Shown here in pieces: positions 6,169-10,175 of a DNA stretch of 10,175 nucleotides. The DNA is from Arcobacteraceae bacterium (GTDB lineage: Bacteria; Campylobacterota; Campylobacteria; Campylobacterales; Arcobacteraceae): positions 1 through 10,175 of the forward strand of contig JBLWVX010000005.1 in NCBI GenBank assembly GCA_048268245.1, in the 5' to 3' direction. A program made the translations under genes and the position numbers. A model generated the notes under the pieces. It ran no database searches. It was not told the DNA's origin and worked only from the letters and a program-made list of their open reading frames with translations. Every line of letters begins with the position of its first letter. Positions within the stretch are counted from its first letter, which is position 1.

Positions 6169-7272
6169 ATGGGATTAGGTGTAGGAATAGTAGGACTTCC
6201 AAACGTAGGTAAATCAACAACTTTTAATGCTTTAACAAAAGCTCAAAATGCAGAGGCTCAAAACTATCCATTTTGTACTATTGAACCAAATAAAGCTGTT
6301 GTTCCAGTACCTGATAAAAGACTTGATGAATTAGCAAAAATTGTTGACCCAAATAAAATTCAACACTCAACTATTGATTTTGTAGATATTGCAGGATTAG
6401 TTAGAGGTGCAAGTAAAGGTGAGGGACTTGGAAACCAGTTCTTATCTAATATTAGAGAAGTTGAAGTTATCTTACATATGGTTAGATGTTTTGATGATGG
6501 TAATGTAACTCATGTTGAGGGTGATGTAGATCCAATCAGAGATATTGAAATTATTGAAACAGAGTTAATTTATGCAGATATTACTCAATGTGAAAAGAAA
6601 ATTGAAAAATTAAAAAAACAATCAAAAGGTTCTAAAGAAGCAGCTGCAATGCTAGTTGTTGCAGAAGAGTTAATGGCTCACTTAAGTGAATTACAACCTG
6701 TTAAAACTTTTGAAGATAAAGAAAATGAACTTTTCCTAGCTATGGATAAAGAGTTAAGATTCTTATCAAATAAAGATGTAATCTATGGTGCAAACATGGA
6801 TGAAGACTCTTTAATGGAAGGAACAAATGAGTATGTTGAAAAACTAAAAGAACATGCAAACTCTGTAAATGCAGATGTTATTACTCTTTGTGCAAAAATT
6901 GAAGAAGAACTTGTTGGAATGGATGATGATGAGGCTAAAGAGTTATTAACTGATTTAGGTGTTGAAGAGTCTGGATTAGAGCAAATTATTCAAAAAGCAT
7001 TTGATAAATTAGGTCTTATGAGTTATTTCACAGCAGGAAAAGTTGAAGTTAGAGCATGGACTATTAGAAAAGATACAAAAGCACCACAAGCTGCAGCTGT
7101 TATTCACAATGACTTTGAGAAAGGTTTTATCAAAGCAGAAGTTATTTCTTATGAAGACTTTGTTGCAAATGGTGGAGAATCTAAGTGTAAAGAGCTTGGA
7201 AAGTTAAGACTTGAAGGTAAAGATTACATTGTTCAAGACGGTGATGTAATGCATTTCAGATTTAATACATAA
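6169..7272 (+). CDS. ychF: Ribosome-binding ATPase YchF (Obg family)
   Basis: GIVGLPNVGKST, NYPFCTIEPN, DIAGLV, GEGLGNQFL, NxxE-type G4 (NMDE), and a C-terminal TGS-like domain ending EGKDYIVQDGDVMHFRFN. AAGGA RBS at 6159-6163. Confidence 0.98.
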   Translation: MGLGVGIVGLPNVGKSTTFNALTKAQNAEAQNYPFCTIEPNKAVVPVPDKRLDELAKIVDPNKIQHSTIDFVDIAGLVRGASKGEGLGNQFLSNIREVEVILHMVRCFDDGNVTHVEGDVDPIRDIEIIETELIYADITQCEKKIEKLKKQSKGSKEAAAMLVVAEELMAHLSELQPVKTFEDKENELFLAMDKELRFLSNKDVIYGANMDEDSLMEGTNEYVEKLKEHANSVNADVITLCAKIEEELVGMDDDEAKELLTDLGVEESGLEQIIQKAFDKLGLMSYFTAGKVEVRAWTIRKDTKAPQAAAVIHNDFEKGFIKAEVISYEDFVANGGESKCKELGKLRLEGKDYIVQDGDVMHFRFNT

Positions 7273-7285
7273 TTGATATAAATTG

Positions 7286-7294
7286 TGTTACAAT
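7286..7294 (+). promoter_or_regulatory. Possible extended -10 promoter for the HDOD gene
   Basis: TGtTACAAT in the 49-bp intergenic gap, upstream of the AGGAG RBS at 7311-7315. Confidence 0.45.
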
Positions 7295-7321
7295 AGAAAA
7301 TTATTTTAGTAGGAGTTTAAA

Positions 7322-8143
7322 TTGTCATCTATAAGCATATTAGAAAAAATAGAATCTCTTCCTCCCCTTCCTAAGACTATTAGTGAGATTGAGGAGTTTA
7401 GAAGAAAAAGTGATAAAGAAGCATTTGAGTTACTACAAATTGTAGAAAAAGACGCTTTAATCATTTCTACATTATTAAAGATTTCAAATTCAGCAATGTT
7501 TGGATTTAGATCTAAAGTAGAAACACCAAGCAGAGCAATCAATCTTTTAGGAATTAATTTTACAATTTCTATTGCTATTGGTGGTACTGTACAAAATTTA
7601 CTTATGTCAAACTTAGAGCCATATGGTATAAATAGTGATGATTTTATGAGAGCTTCAAACTTATCATCAACTCTTGCTCATTTATGGGTTTCTAAATTTG
7701 ATTATGATTTAAAAGAAGAGCTTTTGCTTCCAGCACTTTTACAAGAAGCAGGAAAGTTTATTTTAGCTGATATTATAGTTACAGATAAAAAGACAGAAAT
7801 GTTTAAAACAAAAATAGCTCAAGGTGAAGATGTAGCAGCAGTTGAAAAAGAGTTAATTGGTTTATCAACTTCAGAAATAACAGCTAAAATCTTTAGACAT
7901 TGGAAATTAAGTGATAGCTTAATCGATATGATTGAATATGTTGATGATGTAGAAAAGTGTAATGAATCAATTAAGCAAAAAGCACAAATTTTAGATGTTA
8001 TCAAAACAGCATGTAACGTTACAGATCCATTAAGTGAAGAAAACTGTGCAAAAGCAGTAGAAAAAGCTACAAAATATGGACTTCATACTAAGTCATTGGA
8101 AAAAGCTATAGAGACACTTCAAGATAGACTACTAGATGAATAA
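7322..8143 (+). CDS. Stand-alone HDOD-domain protein
   Basis: IESLPPLPKT, EKDALIISTLLKISNSAMFG, RAINLLG, ALLQEAGKFIL and IFRHWKLS match the HDOD pattern. TTG start with AGGAG RBS. Confidence 0.92.
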   Translation: MSSISILEKIESLPPLPKTISEIEEFRRKSDKEAFELLQIVEKDALIISTLLKISNSAMFGFRSKVETPSRAINLLGINFTISIAIGGTVQNLLMSNLEPYGINSDDFMRASNLSSTLAHLWVSKFDYDLKEELLLPALLQEAGKFILADIIVTDKKTEMFKTKIAQGEDVAAVEKELIGLSTSEITAKIFRHWKLSDSLIDMIEYVDDVEKCNESIKQKAQILDVIKTACNVTDPLSEENCAKAVEKATKYGLHTKSLEKAIETLQDRLLDE

Positions 8144-8166
8144 TTAAGGTTTTAACCTTAATTATT
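8139..8166. terminator. Palindromic, probably bidirectional terminator between convergent genes
   Basis: AATAATTAAGGTT-tt-AACCTTAATTATT; contains both stop codons (8141-8143 and 8164-8162). Confidence 0.75.
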
Positions 8167-10171
8167 TAAATTCGTAATATCCTGTTTTACTATTTTTAGC
8201 TAAAGACATTCCATACTCTGACTTCTCTAATATATTTTCAGTATTGCCCCAAGTAACTGAAATTTGAAGCTCTGGTTTTATTTTTATATTTTCATGATTT
8301 AAATCAAAACTATTTATTTTTTTTATTAACTCTTTGTATTCTGATTCATTAGTTAAAATTCCTAAGGTTGGACCTTGAAGTCTATATGTTATTGATTCTT
8401 CATTTATATTTAAAGCTAATTGCTTAAACAACATATTTCCTTTTTCATATGTATGTTTTATATTTATTTGTTCTAAATTAGCAAAATAAATTTCAATAAA
8501 TACAATCTCTTCATCTGTAATATTTTTTAAATCTTTTCTTAATTTATTTATATTGAAAAGTTTTGTAACTGAGTCTATATAAATAGGAATACTTTTTAAG
8601 TAACTGATGATTATATTGATTAGGTTTTGTACTATATACGACTTATTTTTTTCAAAAATTTCTAAAAATATATGTTCATAAACTTTAGAATATGCCATTC
8701 TTAATTTATAACCTTCCATAAGAGGTATTTCTATTTTTTTATAGCCTAAGTCAACTAGTCTACATTTTTCTTTACAAAGACCTTCAACGGCACAAAAAAT
8801 AAGACCATGAAAAATTTCATTTGAAATAAAGTTTTCAATACTTTTATTTAATGTATCACTATCTAATCCCTCTTTCGTAAAAATTTCACTTACAATATTA
8901 CTTAGTTCTTGATTTATATTATATTTAAGAGTTATTTCAAATCTTTTTGCATATTTTTCTATAATATTTTGTCCAATTTTTCTATATTTTTCTGGCTTAT
9001 AAACTAAATCATCTATTTCAATATCTTCCATATAGTTTTTACCAAGGTTTAAAAGAACAGTATTATTTAACTCTAAATATTCATTTTCAAGTAGTGATTT
9101 ACCATTTATACTAATATATTTATAGAAATATTCTTTTGTAGTTTCATCAGATTTTTCATCTTTATAGTACGAGTAATAAGCAGATAGAGATAAGTAAAGT
9201 TTTGAATATATAGCCATAAGATGTGAAGCTATTTTATTTGTTTCAATATACGAAATAATCTTTGAATGAAGATTATCTTTAATAGTGTCATTTTTAAGTT
9301 TTGTTAACTTATTGATAATAACATCACACAAAGATAGTTTATAGTATTCATAGTAGTCATTTTCAAATTTATCTTTAGATATTAGAATTTCAAGAATTTC
9401 AATCAACTTATCTGCTTCTATCTTATTTGAATAAAGTACAATTGAATGTACTATTTGCATGTTAGTATTATTAAAGTCTTTACTTTTTATAAACTCATCA
9501 AGTATTTGTCTATAGTCATAATTTTTCTTTGTATTGTAGTTGTAAATATATGAAAAATTATCTATAAGATCTTCTTGAAAGCTGTATATACAATCAAATT
9601 TATTTATAGTTTTATGGATAACTTCTCGTTTATATAAAGTAAATATATTTGTGAATTTCTCTAAAATATCTGTGTTTTCTAAGTTATAATTATGATGAAG
9701 TTTATAAATTAGATTTGACAATAGGGTGCTTAAAGAATTTAAAAATATATAGTAATACTTTTTATAGTTATTTTCATTTGCAAAATTTGTATTTTTTGAT
9801 AGTTCGTATCCATCACAAGTTTTTTGAAAATAGAAGAAAAACTCATCTATAAGATATGTATATTCTTTATCTTTGATATCAATAAATGGGATATGTGAAT
9901 AGAAAAATAAAAGTTTTCCTAAAATATTATTTAACTTATTTATTTTTTCTTCACCAATTGATACTCTAAATTTTGTAATATTTATTGTTTCAGTGATTAA
10001 ATCAATTAGTTCATTTATTGTTCTTTTTCTATAAACATCATTTGAGTTTATCGTACAAATTTTATTTAGTGTTTCAATTAATAATAAATATTGACTAAAA
10101 CTATTCTCAAAGTTTTTTTTCTCTTTTTTTTCATATTCATTTTGAAGTTTATCTTCATTTATATTATTCAT
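8162..10171 (-). CDS. Large soluble protein with C-terminal degenerate GGDEF-like domain; true start may lie outside the window
   Basis: C-terminal IDSVTKLFN (DxLTGLxN-like), INIKHTYEKGN (INDxxGHxxGD-like), YRLQGPTL (YRxGGDEF position) and MSLAK. The first ~500 aa are unrecognised. The ATG is 4 nt from the window edge with an open frame upstream. Confidence 0.72.
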   Translation of the reverse strand: MNNINEDKLQNEYEKKEKKNFENSFSQYLLLIETLNKICTINSNDVYRKRTINELIDLITETINITKFRVSIGEEKINKLNNILGKLLFFYSHIPFIDIKDKEYTYLIDEFFFYFQKTCDGYELSKNTNFANENNYKKYYYIFLNSLSTLLSNLIYKLHHNYNLENTDILEKFTNIFTLYKREVIHKTINKFDCIYSFQEDLIDNFSYIYNYNTKKNYDYRQILDEFIKSKDFNNTNMQIVHSIVLYSNKIEADKLIEILEILISKDKFENDYYEYYKLSLCDVIINKLTKLKNDTIKDNLHSKIISYIETNKIASHLMAIYSKLYLSLSAYYSYYKDEKSDETTKEYFYKYISINGKSLLENEYLELNNTVLLNLGKNYMEDIEIDDLVYKPEKYRKIGQNIIEKYAKRFEITLKYNINQELSNIVSEIFTKEGLDSDTLNKSIENFISNEIFHGLIFCAVEGLCKEKCRLVDLGYKKIEIPLMEGYKLRMAYSKVYEHIFLEIFEKNKSYIVQNLINIIISYLKSIPIYIDSVTKLFNINKLRKDLKNITDEEIVFIEIYFANLEQINIKHTYEKGNMLFKQLALNINEESITYRLQGPTLGILTNESEYKELIKKINSFDLNHENIKIKPELQISVTWGNTENILEKSEYGMSLAKNSKTGYYEFK

Positions 10172-10175
10172 GTAT

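Noticed and set aside
7306..8004. Two short minus-strand ORFs (7306-7542, 7819-8004)
   Set aside because: Antisense shadows of the HDOD gene.
1..10175. CRISPR array, tRNA/rRNA, integron attC array or dif site
   Set aside because: No regularly spaced repeats or recognisable structured-RNA signatures were seen by eye; a covariance-model scan would be needed to exclude small ncRNAs.

Overview
Very AT-rich window, probably from a Campylobacterota (Arcobacteraceae-like) chromosome, judged from AAGGA RBSs, YchF and HDOD sequences, and the PetA-type remnant. Left part (1-~6120) is a decaying accessory island. It holds a minus-strand copper cluster: SHOCT protein, CopG/DUF411, cytochrome c pseudogene, internally deleted OmpR-type regulator, Rieske [2Fe-2S] remnant, a 50-aa DUF2933 protein missing from the ORF track, and a CopA-type P1B ATPase. 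The cluster sits between two related but distinct, oppositely oriented IS3-family relics and is followed by a truncated tyrosine integrase. Two promoters in the cluster share the same layout: a TCCACAT-N4-TCCACAT-type direct repeat, 8 nt, then a -10 box. Right part (6169-10175) looks like core genome: ychF, a stand-alone HDOD protein, a palindromic bidirectional terminator, and a large protein with a degenerate C-terminal GGDEF domain. All family calls come from motif recognition by eye; no database searches were run.
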